DNA of 64,000 bases. It comes from Cetorhinus maximus. Taxonomy: Eukaryota. The stretch spans positions 28,830,001 through 28,894,000 of the forward strand of contig NC_135905.1 in NCBI RefSeq assembly GCF_964194155.1, written 5' to 3'. Positions 1 to 13,745 of the stretch are shown one piece after another; position 1 is the first letter of the stretch, and each line of letters opens with the position of its first letter. The position numbers were made by a program, and so were the translations under genes. The notes beneath the pieces were generated by a model, which made no database searches, was not told the origin of the DNA, and saw nothing but the letters and a program-made list of their open reading frames with translations.

Positions 1-1929
1 GGATGTCGTGAGCCTATGAAAAGTGCTACATAAATGCAAAAAATTCCAAAAAATCAATAATTCCCTTGAACAAATAATGTTCAGAAAGTAGAACATGCAG
101 TACTCACAACTGTTTTTATTCACACTCTCACATTTGTTACTGACACAGTGAGCACCTAAAACTGTAACAGAATGCATCACTAATAATTACTGATAGCAAG
201 GAATGATTTTAAAATTAGAACCCACAAGGCCATTTGAAGCTCTCCATAATATTAATGCATTAAAATTACACTCAAGTATCTATTATTCTGCATGGAAATT
301 GTAATTCACTCCTGTCCACTCAAACAAGTAAGAGATTCACAGCATAGGTTAGCTGAGAACATTGTAGATCACGTTTACGGGGCTGCTTTTGACAACGGCA
401 GTGATGCACTTAACAAATGAATAATTAACTGTGAAGCATTAAGTGGTGTCCCGAGGACGTTATGTGCATTTCAAAATGTAAGAAAAAGGACAAGCATTTA
501 TATAGTACCTTTCACAATCTTAAGGCCAAAACATTTTACAGCTAATTAGGTGCTTTGATTTAAGGACAATCACTGTTGTAATGTATGATGCGCAAAACAC
601 ATCTGTTGTATGAAATAATGCATGTTTAATAACAGGAAGAGGTTTCTTACCTGGACCCAAATATTTCTGAAACACACCACCAAGAAATGGTATTAAAGCT
701 AGGAGCCAAAACCTTCAACAGAGCTCGTAAATTAAATAACTTTTGCTTTCTATTAAAAAAGTGACAATTTACAAGTCAACCCAACTATCACTGCTGGGAA
801 CTGATTTTGAGTATTGGGTTTGCAGATACAATACAATTAAAGTCAGAAGTTAGATGTTGTAATACAACAGGCTCGGTGTCACAGACATGTAATTGTCATC
901 AATCACCACAGTCTAGATCTAGGTGGGGATTCAGGGCGCAATTATACTGCCACTTTTGAGTCGATTCAAAACCATTTGCATCAAAGTCAAGGAACAAACG
1001 CTCAAGAATATTCCCTAGCAAACTAAAGCCCAGACCTTCCCTGATGTGATTTTATAATGGGTGCAGGATAACTCCTGCTTAAAACCATTATTTAAAAATA
1101 GGAACAAGGCTGCAATTCCGCAATATCACAAGATTTTTGTTTAGTCAGGGAGGATGTTAATTGGAGATCAGGCAAGTCTACAGAGCTGTGAGAAATGAGA
1201 TTAAAAGAAAAGGGGGGGTACATTATTTTGGGGATCCTGTGCACTGTCAGGCAGCCAATTGCATACATCTCTGCCAATGGAACTCAACATGAGGCAGCCA
1301 GAGTCACTATCCCCGATTTTCTCCCTATTCTTCTTGAGGAGTGGCTTGGTCTCATTCTACAGTGAAGATAAGGAATCAACCACATGTGGAAATTGACAGT
1401 TTTACGATCCCCATGGGGAAAACTGTAAATCAAAATAACCAAATTTACCAAACAACCCCCAAATGCTGGCCCGGAGATTTGGAGTTATGAGGAAACATTG
1501 CATACACTTGTAACATTTGCCGTGGAGCACAGGAGATTGACAGGTCACATTATTGACCTTCATACCGTTATGAGGGGCATAGATTGGGTGGACAGAAGGT
1601 AACATTTCCCCTTGGCGGAGGGATGACTGACATGGTGGCATTTATTTAAATTGAGTGCCATGAGGTTGACAGGTGAGGTGCTGAGGACGTTTTGGACAGA
1701 ACGCACTGGCTGAAAGGGTGGTGGAGGTACAAACCCTCCTAAGATGCAATAAGTATTTGGATGTGCAGCAGCGATGCCATGGCATGTTAGGCCATGGGGA
1801 TAGTGGTCAGGAATGGGATAAGGCGACTTTGGAAGGTGTTAGAAACGCGCAACCTCAAGGGGCCGAGGGATCTTTGTGTATGACCCACACGTCTGACTGT
1901 ATCAGTCTGTGAATGAGCAGTGTTGCTGC

Positions 1930-3318
1930 ATTAACGATTGCAGCAATCATCAGTGCTTTGCATGGTAGGAAGACAGAGTGGATGGGACTGTGGGCCTCAA
2001 ATACCTGGCCGCTGCACCCCAGCCTCGCCGACACCTGCCGACCTGGCCGCTTGGCTCCTTTCCAGCGCCATGGCCTGTTCTTCAAATCGGGTCAGTATGT
2101 GGAACATGGCCTGGCCACCACCAGTGCGCAAACACTCATGGATGTTGTGCGCAGTTTTTGCCTGCAGTACAGAGAACACCATTTATTGGGGCTGATCGCT
2201 CATGTACTCTGCACGCGCATGCCGCACCCCAACCACAGTGGCCCATCTGAGGCCTCCAGCGGCTCCTGTCCACACTACTGGTGATCAGTCACCAAAAGAT
2301 AGTACGGCTGCTCCCAAACCCCTCCCCCAACGGCCAACTTGGACACATTTGGCGTCCATCACTTTCAACAACACACGGGTCTTAACGCCCATGGCAAGGA
2401 GGCGCAACTAGGTGCGATGCCGAGACCAGCAGATAGCTCTTGGCCACGACATCTTAAGGCTCCTCTTCCACCATCTCATCACCGTCAATAAGACATGTGT
2501 TGGAGTTCCGAGTATGTGTCTAGCTGCTTCCCCTGCAGGTTGCCCCCAGACTACTCAAGTGCGACAAACACCAACACATGCTGTGGAGAGAACCCATCTT
2601 CGCCTCAACCACTAAGGCTGATGTAAGCATGGTCACTATCTGTTTGCCCACCCAGCGTGCGCCAAATGCCCAATGCAGTAACGACACTATGACGTGGGGG
2701 AGAGGGGGGCTCAAAAGCTAAGGCTACCTGCTGGGTTAAATGGCCAAGGCCGACATGGTCCTCACCCTTCCAGAGCGCAGCAGATCATTGAAGTGTTTGT
2801 GGCACTGGGTCCATGATCACCGCACAGCATCCAAGGAGCTGACCACCTCCGCCATCTCCTGCCAGGCCCGCTTCATCACGCGGGGGGGTCTCCTCCCCCT
2901 CCCATCCTGGGGAAACACGACTTCTCGCCGTGCTGTCACCTCCTCAACAAGGGCAGCAAGGCAGGCATCAGAGAAGTGAGGGGCACATCGGCCCCCCGCT
3001 GGACTACTCTGCAGCTTGCCCTCCTCCTCTGGCCTGCTCTCCACCGGATCCTGCTGTGCAGACCCCCTGCACCTGGAGCTGGCCATGGTGATCAGCCTAA
3101 AGGAGGCTGCCTGGCCTTTCTTTATACAGGGTGCCGGTTCCCCACTGGAACCGGCGGTCTGTACACGCCCGCCGCAATTTTAAAAGTCCCGCTCTCCACA
3201 GGAGTGTGAAATGTGCTGGGCGGGCCTTAATTGGTCCGCTCATGCAAAATGGCGGTGCAGCCCCGATCGCCAGCAGCGATCAGGTCCGCACCTGCCCAAC
3301 GAACGGAAAATTCAGCCC
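1930..3318 (-). mobile_element. Decayed PIF/Harbinger DNA transposon fragment with Myb/SANT-like gene remnant; left boundary approximate
   Basis: Minus ORF 3086-2817 reads APHFSDACLAALVEEVTARREVVFP...RAWQEMAEVVS. It continues past a TGA as SWTQCHKHFNDLLRSGR|gtgagg, a Myb/SANT (Myb_DNA-bind_5/NAIF1-like) pattern. Terminus GGGCTGAATTTT (minus) at 3318 abuts TAA. The region is a GC-rich block in an AT-rich background. Confidence 0.7.
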
Positions 3319-4624
3319 TAAGTTTGGGCCACAAATTCCATTGTCCGAGGGTATAGAATTTCAACTGCTGGAAGGTGAGGAACTTCACTGGGACAAAAAT
3401 GCTGCATCACATGTTTTTTGACACATATAAATAGGGGTGTCCAAATCTTACCATTGAGATAGTTATTGGCTTTGAAATGAAAGAGGCTTGAATTAAAGAT
3501 TGTACGATCCAATCATCACAGTCCATCAAGCTGGTCTCAAGTTCAAAACATTCTATACTATATACTCTCTTATATCCCTTAATCACTTCTTTGGCCAAAG
3601 ATCTATCCAGCTCCTTCCTAACTTTGCTAAAGTTACCAACTCCACTGTCCCTTTGGGCACTGTGTTCCTCATATTCCCCACCTTCTGTGTGAAGTAGTGA
3701 TTTCTAAATGCTCCATTATCTTCCCTCTTCTGCAACTAAGACCACCACTTAGGATGATTAGTGATTATGTCAAACAATTCAGTAGGCCTCATTTGTCTAG
3801 ATCAGATACATCAAACATGGTGCTTTTAGCATCATCACTCCCAATGGCCTAGCCATACGCCTGGACTTTTCACACCTTGAAAGGAAACAAAATGAAGCGG
3901 CAGTAATGTTATTGAAAATGAAAATCTCTTAAGAATATTGATATACAGGATTTGTAGTGCACAAGTCTAAAGGGACTTTTGCCAACATTAAAAGGTGTTC
4001 ATCTGATGTTCCTGTCCATTGTTTTAATAAAGGAATTAAGTCATTCATTTTAAATCATCCATTACTATTGACATCAGCTGTTATTAGACTATTAATCTTT
4101 TTGAGTCTTAAATGCTTTGAATTATATCAGCAATTACATAGTTTATTAAGTCACTGAGTATTAGCAAAGCCACAATCGATCTTAGCACCAAGAGTAATTG
4201 CTGTGTTTTTCAGTTAACAACCTGCTCTTGTATAGCACCTTTAATGTCGGAACTGTCCCAAGCCACTTCCCACGAGAGAAAGCAGATAGCAAGCAGGAAT
4301 GAGGAGGGGAGGAACAGCGGAGGGATAGACCCATTTGAAAAAGATAATAAAATGTAGCCCTTTACATTTGGAAGGAGAACTGCAGGATGTAAGGATATGG
4401 TGGCAAGGGAGACCATTGTCAATGTGAAGGAGAAAACATACAAGGCCACAGTTGAAAGATTAGAAAGTGCAAGCTGGGACATGGAGTGCAGAAGGAGGCA
4501 GGCATAAGTTATAGAAGTGATAAAAGTACTGATTAAAAAAGAAAGCAAAAAAAAGTTAACAGTTCTGACAGAGATTTCTCTCTGTAGATGCTGCTTGACT
4601 GCGGGAGTGTTTCCAGCATTTTGA

Positions 4625-5045
4625 GGTATCAGCTGTGGTTCAGCTGGTAGCACTCTCGCTTCTGTGTCCAGGTCTCGAGCACAAAACCAAAAATCAAGGT
4701 TGACACTCCAGTGCAGTACTAAGGGGTGCTGCACCATCGCCGGTCCCATCTATTGGATTAGACGTTAAACCGAGACCATGTCTGCCCTCTCAGGTGGGCA
4801 TAAAAGATCTCATGGCATTAGCTCAAAGAAGGGGAGGGGAGTTCTTCCCAGTGTCCTGGCCAATATTCAACACTCAACCAACTGGACTTAAAGTATCCAG
4901 TTATTGTCACATTGCTGCCTGTGAGAGCTTCTGTGGGCAAACTGCCTGCTGCATTTCATACATTACAGTGACTGCACTTCAAAAGTACTTACTTAGCTGT
5001 AAAGCAATTTGGGACATCTGGTTTTGAAGGGTGCCAAAGAAGTCT
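4625..5045 (+). mobile_element. tRNA-derived Deu-domain SINE (SacSINE1-like)
   Basis: A-box-like head GTGGTTCAGCTGGTAGCAC, body ACACTCCAGTGCAGTACT...CCAGTGTCCTGGCCAATATT, tail GTGACTGCACTTCAAAAGTACTT...CTGTAAAGC. Many related copies occur in the window. Confidence 0.7.
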
Positions 5046-7330
5046 CTTTCTTTTCCTGTTTTTCTTCAGGTTTCCAGCATCTGCAGTATTTTGCTGTTGT
5101 AAGTCATTAACATTGGGAAGCAAACCAATCTAAATTTTGGTGATCAGAGAGCATTGGCTGCCAAATACAAAGTGGCACTGGTGAACACTTCTCTCACAGG
5201 CCACATACATGTAAGTAAACACAACTGCTTTGTTACACACTGCTTGCCCAGGAAATGTTCACATACTTCACCTGTACTTAGATTAGGATATTTTTAGAAG
5301 CAAAATATACTATATCACTAGGAAGGTTCCAAAGAAGAATCATATTTGACTTGAAATGTTAACTCTGTTTCTCTCTCCATAGATGCTGCCAGGCCTGCTG
5401 AGCATTTCCAGTTTTTATTTTAGGTTTCCAGCATCTGCTGCTTTTATCATATTACATAACACTGACTGCTTTCTTTCTGACATTACACTAATACAGCATT
5501 GTGGTATTGAAGAGTCTTTAATCTCAGTGCACACAACTAATTCTGTATTAGCATACCAGCATTATAGAAATGAACTCAAAACAGCAATGGGCTAGATACA
5601 GTTAAATTGAAATAAATTGTGTCAATGTTTCTTCTCTCTCTCTCTCTCTCTCGAATCATTCATGCGCTACAAAATGAAGTTCTGATTTGCTCAGCTCCTG
5701 TTTCATGCAATAGTGCAGCAGTGACACATTCTCAGTTAGTATCCCTCATGTCTACGTGTACTGAAGAGTGCTGCACTGTGCAACAGAAGAGAATTTTTAC
5801 AGAAAACATGCCACAAATCCCTTGGGATCCCTGCAACATGAGGCCACCCCTCCAGTGTGAAGCATTCAATGCTTATTTGCTCAGTCTTGAATTAGGGATT
5901 AACATGTAGGGGAGGAGATGTGACTAACTATGAAAAACTTTGTGTTTGCTTTCTGCCAAACTGCTTTCCTTGGGCATTGGGGGTTTGTTGTGTAATATGG
6001 GATTTCACAGACTTTCAATGGAATTTCCCTCTACCCCACTTCAGCACATCCCTCCACAAACCTCGCAAAAATTCAAACATTATCCATACAGAACAGAGTG
6101 TTTGATTATCCATAACGTTTCAATTCGGGCCAAGTATGATACCCAGAACTTCAATGACATGAAAACTCAAGAGGCCATTCTTTGTTTTAAAAGAAAACTG
6201 GATAAATATTTGTAGCAAAGGAAAACAAAATGCTATGAAGAGTAGGCCAGTGGATAAGTTTTGGTATGCTCTTCCATAAAGATGGCACAGACACAATGGG
6301 CAAATGGTCTCCTGTGCTGTGAACTTCTACTGTTCTATGACTGTCCCCGAGCTCAATGTTACAGTTTCTATGCACTGGCCCAACCAAGTTTGTCAGTCTT
6401 TCTAGATGATAAAGATTCCACAGGCAAATCCAACACTGATAGTTTATTGAGAAAACACAGTAAAATTAAACTGACATTTCCATGAATGAATGGAGAATTC
6501 ATGGAGTCCTGCCATCTATTTCACACAATGCTAACAGGACTTTGGATTGAGGCTTTAAAAACTGGCAATAACATTCATTGGAAATTAATTGGATTCAATC
6601 TGGGAAAAAATTGATAATGAAAACACGAACGCAGTCACACAGGAAACAGCCAGAATTCTATTTCACCAGGAAATTTCAGGTCAACCACTGGGAGTCAAAT
6701 ATATTCATAATAGAGCAAGGTACAATTTAATGAGTGAGCTAGAAGCAATTTACCCATTAGAGTACACAGTATATCAGTCTCAGTAGAGAGGGTATTTTAC
6801 TTTGGTATTCCATTATAAAGGCCTGTTATAAAGAATGAGCTAGTGTGCAGGTTGCAGAGTGCCATCAGCACCCTTTGTATATCATTCTCTGGAACTGGCA
6901 GTATAAGCTCCTACCAGCAGTGACGAGATCAAACTAAAGTTACTCTCCTGACAAATAAATCAAAGCTACACAAATGTGTGTCAACTGTGCAAAGCAACAG
7001 CTGTGCAAGCATTCTACAGTCTAGCATCACAATAAAAGCAAACTCACATTGATTTACAGGTCACATTGTATGACACCTATGCATTCCACCCTTATGGTGA
7101 ATGGGAGACAACTCTGTGTGAATATTACTTCATTTAGTCACACCCAAAATTAATTTTTTAGAACCAACTGTAACCTTGATAGGTGAGAAAAAAAGTGAGA
7201 TTCAAATCTAATGAATTACACTGAAGTGCAGTGACTATTGGCTAAGTGTAGTTAAAAGCAGCAGCCATTTTGCACACAGCAATATCTTACCAGTTGCTTT
7301 GAGATGATGGACCAGTTAACTAGTTTTTTA

Positions 7331-7526
7331 AAAGCAAAATACTGCAGATTCTGGAAATCTGAAACAAAAGCAGAAAATGCTGGAAAAACTCAGCAGGTCT
7401 AACAGCATCTGTGAAGAGAAAACAGAGTTAACGTTTCAAGTCCGTCAAACTCGAAACGTTAACTCTGTTTTTCTCTCCACAGATGCTGTTAGACCTGCTG
7501 AGTTTTTCCAGCATTTTCTGTTTTTG
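7331..7526. mobile_element. Penelope pLTR-derived hairpin insertion with 14-bp target site duplication, inserted in a Deu-SINE
   Basis: Inverted arms of ~75 bp (CAGAAAATGCTGGAAAAACTCAGCAGGTCTAACAGCATCTGTG...) flanked by an exact TAACTAGTTTTTTA at 7317-7330 and 7527-7540. Arms match the 3' end of the Penelope element at 22690-22800. Confidence 0.8.
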
Positions 7527-8569
7527 TAACTAGTTTTTTAGTTTGTTGTTGATTGAAAGGAATATTTGCTCTTTGGATTTTTAACATCTGCCAAGTCTTT
7601 GGTTTAATCTCCTACCTGAAGGAGAGCACCACTGTGCAGTACTTCCTTCAGTTAACAACTAGAGCGTACTATGCTCAAGTTTTTGAGTGGGATGGAGCAA
7701 GTCAAGAGACAAGTCAATTAAATCAAGCTGACACTTGGAAGGGCGCTGTATAACAGAAAACAAGTTTTACTGTAATTTCTGCGAGGGCACAGGAAGTGCT
7801 GAGTGGGAATGTGAGTGAAGAGACTGCCCCCAACTGAGACTAACACTGCAGGATAACATTTTCTTTAATCTCCCAGAGCCCTGACACTATATGATAAGTA
7901 CATGAGGGAGAAAGGAATAGAGGAGGAAGGAATAGAGGAAGATATGTTAATGGGGTTATGGTTGATGATGTAAAAAGAGTGGGAGGAGGCATCGACCAGT
8001 TGGGCTGAATGGCCTGTTTCTGTGTAATTCTATTACATACAGCTCTTCCTTAACAGCCCTGTCCCCCACAACACCACCCCCACTTCACCCCACCCAACCC
8101 AGTACACACACTATCTGCAGCAACAAACTCCTCTGTTGAGGGAAGCCAGGACAAGGGGCCACAATCTCAAAATTAGAGCCAGACCATTCAGCACACACTA
8201 TGGGCAGTAGCAATATGGAGAACTCTTTCCCCTTCAAAAGGAAATGGATGATGGACAAATTTAAATTTTCAAGAGAGAGAGACAGAGATAAGGGCATCAA
8301 GGGATATGAAACAAAGGTCAGTAAATGGAATTAAGGTGGAGAACAGCAATGGTCTAACTGAATGGCAGAACAAGTTCAAGGATTTGAATAACCTATCCCT
8401 GTCCTTAAAAGCCTCCACAAACAAACACTAGCATGGTTGCCTGCTAAGAGGAGCTAGTCAAATATCTCCTCCGCACAAAAGAAATATATTTTTCGGTAGA
8501 AACTTCCACTTTAAGATCTCAGGATTGGCCCAGTCTCCAATGAAACCTTCAAGCCCCAACAAAGAGATT

Positions 8570-8930
8570 TGAGTATGCAATCTAGGCTGAGACTCCACTG
8601 CAGCACTGAGGAAATGCTGCAATATCGGAGGTACCATCTTCCAAATCAAATGTTAAACCAAGGCCCCTTTTGATCTCTAAGGTGGACGTAAAAGATTGCA
8701 TAACATTATTTCAACAAGTGCAGGGGTTTACCCCCAGTGTCCTGGCCAATATACATACCATGATCAAAATCAGAAAAACAGGTTATCTGGTCATTATCAC
8801 ATTGCCGTTTGAGGGAGCTTGCTGTATGCAAACTGGCTGCCATGTTTCCTACATTATAACAGTGACTACACTTCAAAAATACTCAATTGGCTGTAAAGTA
8901 CTTTGGGATGTCATGAGATCATGAAAAGCA
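8570..8930 (+). mobile_element. Deu-domain SINE copy
   Basis: Same body and tail motifs as 4625-5045 (ACTCCACTGCAGCACTGAGG; CCCAGTGTCCTGGCCAATAT; GTGACTACACTTCAAAAATAC). Confidence 0.7.
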
Positions 8931-9959
8931 CTCTCGAATAATGAGGCTTTAAAAAAAACTGGAGGAAAGGAATACCCTGTAGCAGTACACTATTAACACT
9001 GCACTGTAGCTTTGAATATATAACCCAGGAAACTGAATTCAGATTGGATTATACAGATTTAACTCAAAGGTGGAGCAGCTCTTCAGTCTAGCACCAGGAG
9101 GAAATCTTAAATTTTCAACTTGTGAATATTTTAATCCTCATCTGCTCAAACACTTTGTCATCAATGCCTGGAGTCAGCATGGACCAAAAATTTCAATTTT
9201 GCCTTTCTCACCACGATCCTGGCCACTGTTAGCATAGCTCCTCGACTCCAGAAATGAAACTGGGTTCCAGAGAAATAGCTTGGCTTCCAAAGCCAAAGAT
9301 GAAACTTTAATCCTGTTTACTTATTTTATATTTTTGAGGCTGCTGTAATTCTCATTAATACCCGAAACCCAGAACTGTTCCTTTGTTGAACTAGTCAACA
9401 AAAAAAAAACCAAATACAATGACCAAAATTTGCAGTATGAAATGGACACATTATTTTTCCCTCACTTCATTATTTTGCTTTCTCCCTGCTTTGCCCCCAG
9501 ATAATTTTGCTGACAGAAAGCTTTCTTATTCAAGCTCTCCGTGTTAAAATGACGAACTGACTGCAAACAGCAATGCGACGTGCCAAACTAAATCAAAAAA
9601 GGCTGTACATTCAATGAAACCACAGCACAATGCCTAACTCAAGGAAGCCATCTGCAGGCATTACACAAAGTAGGGCATTGTTGGGATATTCTTATAATAA
9701 CAAGGATGCAAAAAAAAAGGGTGCTTTTTTTAAAAAAAAAAGGCTCAGATAACTCAAAACTCTGCGGCACAAAAGTTATCCTGATTAGTCACAGCTTCTA
9801 TGGATCACTATTAGATTATGACAGGACTAATATTTAGCAATGACCTTAACCCCAACTGAATCTTGATTTTGGAATTTATCATGTCCTGGAAGCCAAGTTT
9901 CATAAGAAAACACCATTATATACAAATAATGCAAACCAAAGCGGTTGCATTTTTAAAAT

Positions 9960-10330
9960 TCTTTAATGGGATGTGGACATTGCTGGCAAGGCCAGCATGT
10001 GTTGTCTGTCCCTAATTGCCCTTGAACTGAGGGCTTACTAGGCCATTTCAGAAGGCAGTAAAGAGTCAACCACACTGCTGTGGATCTGGAGTCACATGTA
10101 GGCCAGACCAGGTAAGGATGGCAGATTCCCTTCCCTAAAGGACGTTAGTGAACCAGATGGGTTTTAATGCCAATCGACAATGGTTTCATGGTCATCATTA
10201 CTGAAACTAGCTTTTCAATTCCAGATTCTTAATTGAATTTAAATTCCACCAGCTGCTATGGTGGGATTTGAACCCTTGTCCCCAGCTTGGGCCTCTGAAT
10301 TACTCATCCAGTGATGTTACCACTAGACAC
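9960..10330 (-). mobile_element. tRNA-derived SINE with CR1-type 3' tail
   Basis: B-box complement GTGGGATTTGAACCC near 10261; core GAGTCAACCAC...GGAGTCACATGTAGGCCAGACCAGGTAAGGATGGCAGA. The tail GGGATGTGG...GGCCAGCAT...CCTAATTGCCCTTGA is shared with the CR1 3' ends at 24780 and 26800. Confidence 0.7.
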
Positions 10331-10899
10331 TTAGAAAGCAGAACCTTGTCAGGCCCAACAGTCTGCATTGCAAATGAACGCAAGTGATGTTAACTGAGAG
10401 GTCTTCACTCCCAATCAATTTATAGCAAGAGTAGGTTGCCATCTAATAAGTGTGTTCATAGTTTATTTCAAAACTGAGTATCCTCACCAACTGAACCTAA
10501 CTTATCTACTAGGACATATTAACAGTTCTTCACATGATATCCAGTCTTTTTTTAATACTGATTGAAAAAGCATGCTGCCTCCAGCACCAGAATTGTACAG
10601 TCAATTCTTGCACCGTTTCTTTACATTGGTGGATTAAAGGGGTCAAACTTGAATGATAAATAGCATCAGATGCAGAGCTCACTCCATGTAACAGGTAAGG
10701 CCATGCAGGTTACACATTGTACATTTTGGAAATGCACAAGACCAAGCAAATATGGAATGGGGACGATGAGGGGTCTTAAAGACAGAAAGAGAGGGGTTAA
10801 GGGTATATGGGGGGGGGAGAAAGCGGAGAATACCGTAAAGAGGGGAATGAAATTAATGGACGGAAAAGGGACAAGACAGGAAGGAGAAAAAAATTTGTA

Positions 10900-11360
10900 T
10901 TTAAATCTCATCTTTCACAACCTCAGTTTGTCCCATATTGCTTTGTAGCCAATTAAGTATTTTTTCAAGTTAGTTACTATTGTAACGTAGGAAGCATAAC
11001 AGCCAATTTGCACAGAGCAAGACCCCACCCACCCCCCCTTCAACCACCAGCAATGCGATAAACAACCAGATCATCTGTTTTTAGTGATGTTGTTTGAGGG
11101 ATTACTATTGACCTGCAAACCAGGGAGAATCCCCTGCTCTGCTTCAAAATAGTTCCATGTGATCTTTTACATTTACAAAGAGTAGACAGGGCCTCAGTTT
11201 AACATCCCTTCCAAATTGTGGGCCTTCAAACAGTGCAACTCTCCCTCAGTACTCCACTTTGTCTCAGTCTACATTTGTGATCAAGTCTCTGAAGTGGGAC
11301 TTTAACCCACAACCTTCTGAAGCAGAGGCAAGAGTGCTACTGGTCCACAGCTGACACTCT
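10900..11360 (-). mobile_element. Deu-domain SINE copy
   Basis: Reverse complement of the family, including the head GTGGGACTTTAACCCACAACCTTCTGA...AGAGTGCTAC. Confidence 0.65.
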
Positions 11361-13319
11361 AATGAAAGGAAGGGAGAAGGGAGAGAATCTTTATCACTGA
11401 TCAATCCTCAGTTAGGCAGACAGATCTTGAAATGTTATTGGTGGAATCAGTTGTTAAGGTGTTTTCAGTTCTGAATGAGATTCCTCTGCTCCCATTTAGT
11501 GTCAAAGGTGACATCTTCAGTCTAAAAGCAAAATATCATTTTGCTTCAGATCCCAACAAATTAGGTTTCCAATCCATGTACAGTAGATATTTCTTGTAAA
11601 TTTCAGAATGCTTATAGGTTTTCCCTTTCTCTTCCTTCCCTCAACCCATGAATTTTCATCTTTCTCTCTCTCAGGTTAGCATTCAGCCTGTTTTCAAGCC
11701 CCTGTGAATGCACAACTGTGACCTGCCCATAAGTTGATTGCCCAGAGTAGGTCTGTGAAAAACTACTGTTCCTCATTTCATACAGCTCTACTGATGTTAA
11801 TGTGTTCTCTTCCCCCCCTCACACACATCCCTAACAAACTGTAACACTTTAATTTCCTTGAAATATGTGCCTAAACATTTTGATCCCCTGCACGTTTATT
11901 TTCCTACTGAGAATTTTAATTCTGACCCTTAATACTCAAAGTCACGGTCTACGTCAGAACCTTCTGAAAAAGGGACCTCAGTGTAAAATTACAGCAAGAA
12001 GATAATTTAGATGCTCTGAGTAAAAATCAGATAAGCTACAATTACATCAATTCAAAAGGAAATATGTATTTATGGTGTATAAATCAATACTTGCAAAAGC
12101 AACAGTATAATTCACATTAATTATAAAGACTTTACTTAAAAAACATGTCTGGTGCAGCTCATCTTATACCTTCCTGAAGTTATGTTTTATGCTTCTGCCA
12201 TTATAGCATATAGTTTGACCCCACCACCTCAGGGTGACCAGACCACCTGTTCGAATGGCTCAGTAAAGTCAATTGGGAACCAAGATGAGTAGCAGTTATG
12301 TGAGTTGATGCAACCTATTATTTACTTTTGGCCACACTTTGGTTCAAAGGAGGGGTGCAACCGAGGTAAATGGAATTTGAACCAGATTAACTAGTTTTCC
12401 ATCTTATTACTGCTTGTGGGACACTGGTGCAGAATGCCTCCTGTGTTCACTATGTAACTACGCACTCCAAATAGTATTCCATTTTTATGAAACATCTTGA
12501 GGTGATTCACTGATTTAATAAGGTGCTACATAAATCCAAGTGTTCACTATAATATGCAGTGAAAATCCAGTTGTAAAGCACAAGCAAGTTGGCAATAAGA
12601 CTCTGCCAGCTTCATGCTTCCAATACTGCTCTGGCTGAAAGCAAGGTCAAGTCTCTAAAGCAGCATTTTGAAACACCCAGCTTTCCAGTCTCCTCACCTG
12701 AAGCACTTACAGCTAAAGTAAAATGAGTAAGACAAACAATGGCTTGCATCTAAATAGCAACCCTTCACCACCTGTGACATCCCAAAGCGTTTCACAGCCA
12801 TTGAAGTAATTTTGAAGTGTAGTCACTGTGGGAGATAGGCTGTTTTCACATCTATCAATTCCAGTCTGAAGCTAGACACCAAACTAGCTTGTTCTCCCAT
12901 GTTTTCCCCCCTCCACTTTGATGTACCCCAGATCTACACTTATTCCTTTTTAAAAAAATGTTTAAATAAAAGATTTCTCTCCCTGCTCTTTTATCGACAT
13001 TCGAGTCTCTGTGTAGGAACAAGCTTTCTGCTCCAGCTGGGTTAAATTGTAATCATACAGGCTGCATACATAAAAGTAAAGATTCTGTCTTTAAAATAAC
13101 CAATTAAGTAATAATAAATACAGTCTGGACTAAGGGCTTCTTGCCAAACATGTTATGAATGAACTCAAGCGATATTGGTACACGATTCATTGGCTGACCT
13201 AGGTCTTGCAAGTTACCTATCTCTTTCTTCCACACAGATGCAACTTTTCAGGCAGCACAGTGAAAAACTACACAAACTCAAACGCACAAGTGGAAATATT
13301 AACATGATAATGAATTTAG

Positions 13320-13745
13320 TTTGAAAGAGCTGTATTTATATAATGCTCCAATATCAGAAACATCTCTAACGCACTTGTTGTATATTTAACTTATCTGAAG
13401 TAGGGTCACGGATGTTATGTAGGCAACCAGCAGAGAAAGATCCCATAATCAGCGATGGAGTGGAATCAGCTGGTCTGGTTTTGGTAGCGTTGGTTGAGGG
13501 CAGAATGTTAGCCAGGGCAGGGAGAGAACTCCCTGAAATCCTTCAACATATCATCATGGGATCTTTAGCACCCACTTGAACCAGCAGATAGGACCTTGGT
13601 TTCAACGGCTCATCTGAAGGGTGTCCAACACCGCAGCACCCCTTCAGCACTGTACTAAAATGTTAGCCTTGACTCGGGTAGGGGTTTTACCCCACAATTT
13701 TGTGACTTAAGATACAAGACTCCTATCAAGAGATCCAAGCTGAAT
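13320..13745 (-). mobile_element. Old, diverged Deu-domain SINE copy
   Basis: Degenerate family motifs (GCAGCACCCCTTCAGCACTGTACT; CCCACAATTTTGTGACTTAAGA). Confidence 0.5.

Noticed and set aside
3448-3598. Minus-strand ATG|GTAAGA donor-like site and short ORF
   Set aside because: No convincing acceptor, the upstream part runs into a decayed CR1 tail, and it does not resemble P4HA1.
4210-4749. 179-aa hydrophobic minus-strand ORF
   Set aside because: It runs across a SINE, a Penelope fragment and purine-skewed sequence; the hydrophobicity is compositional.
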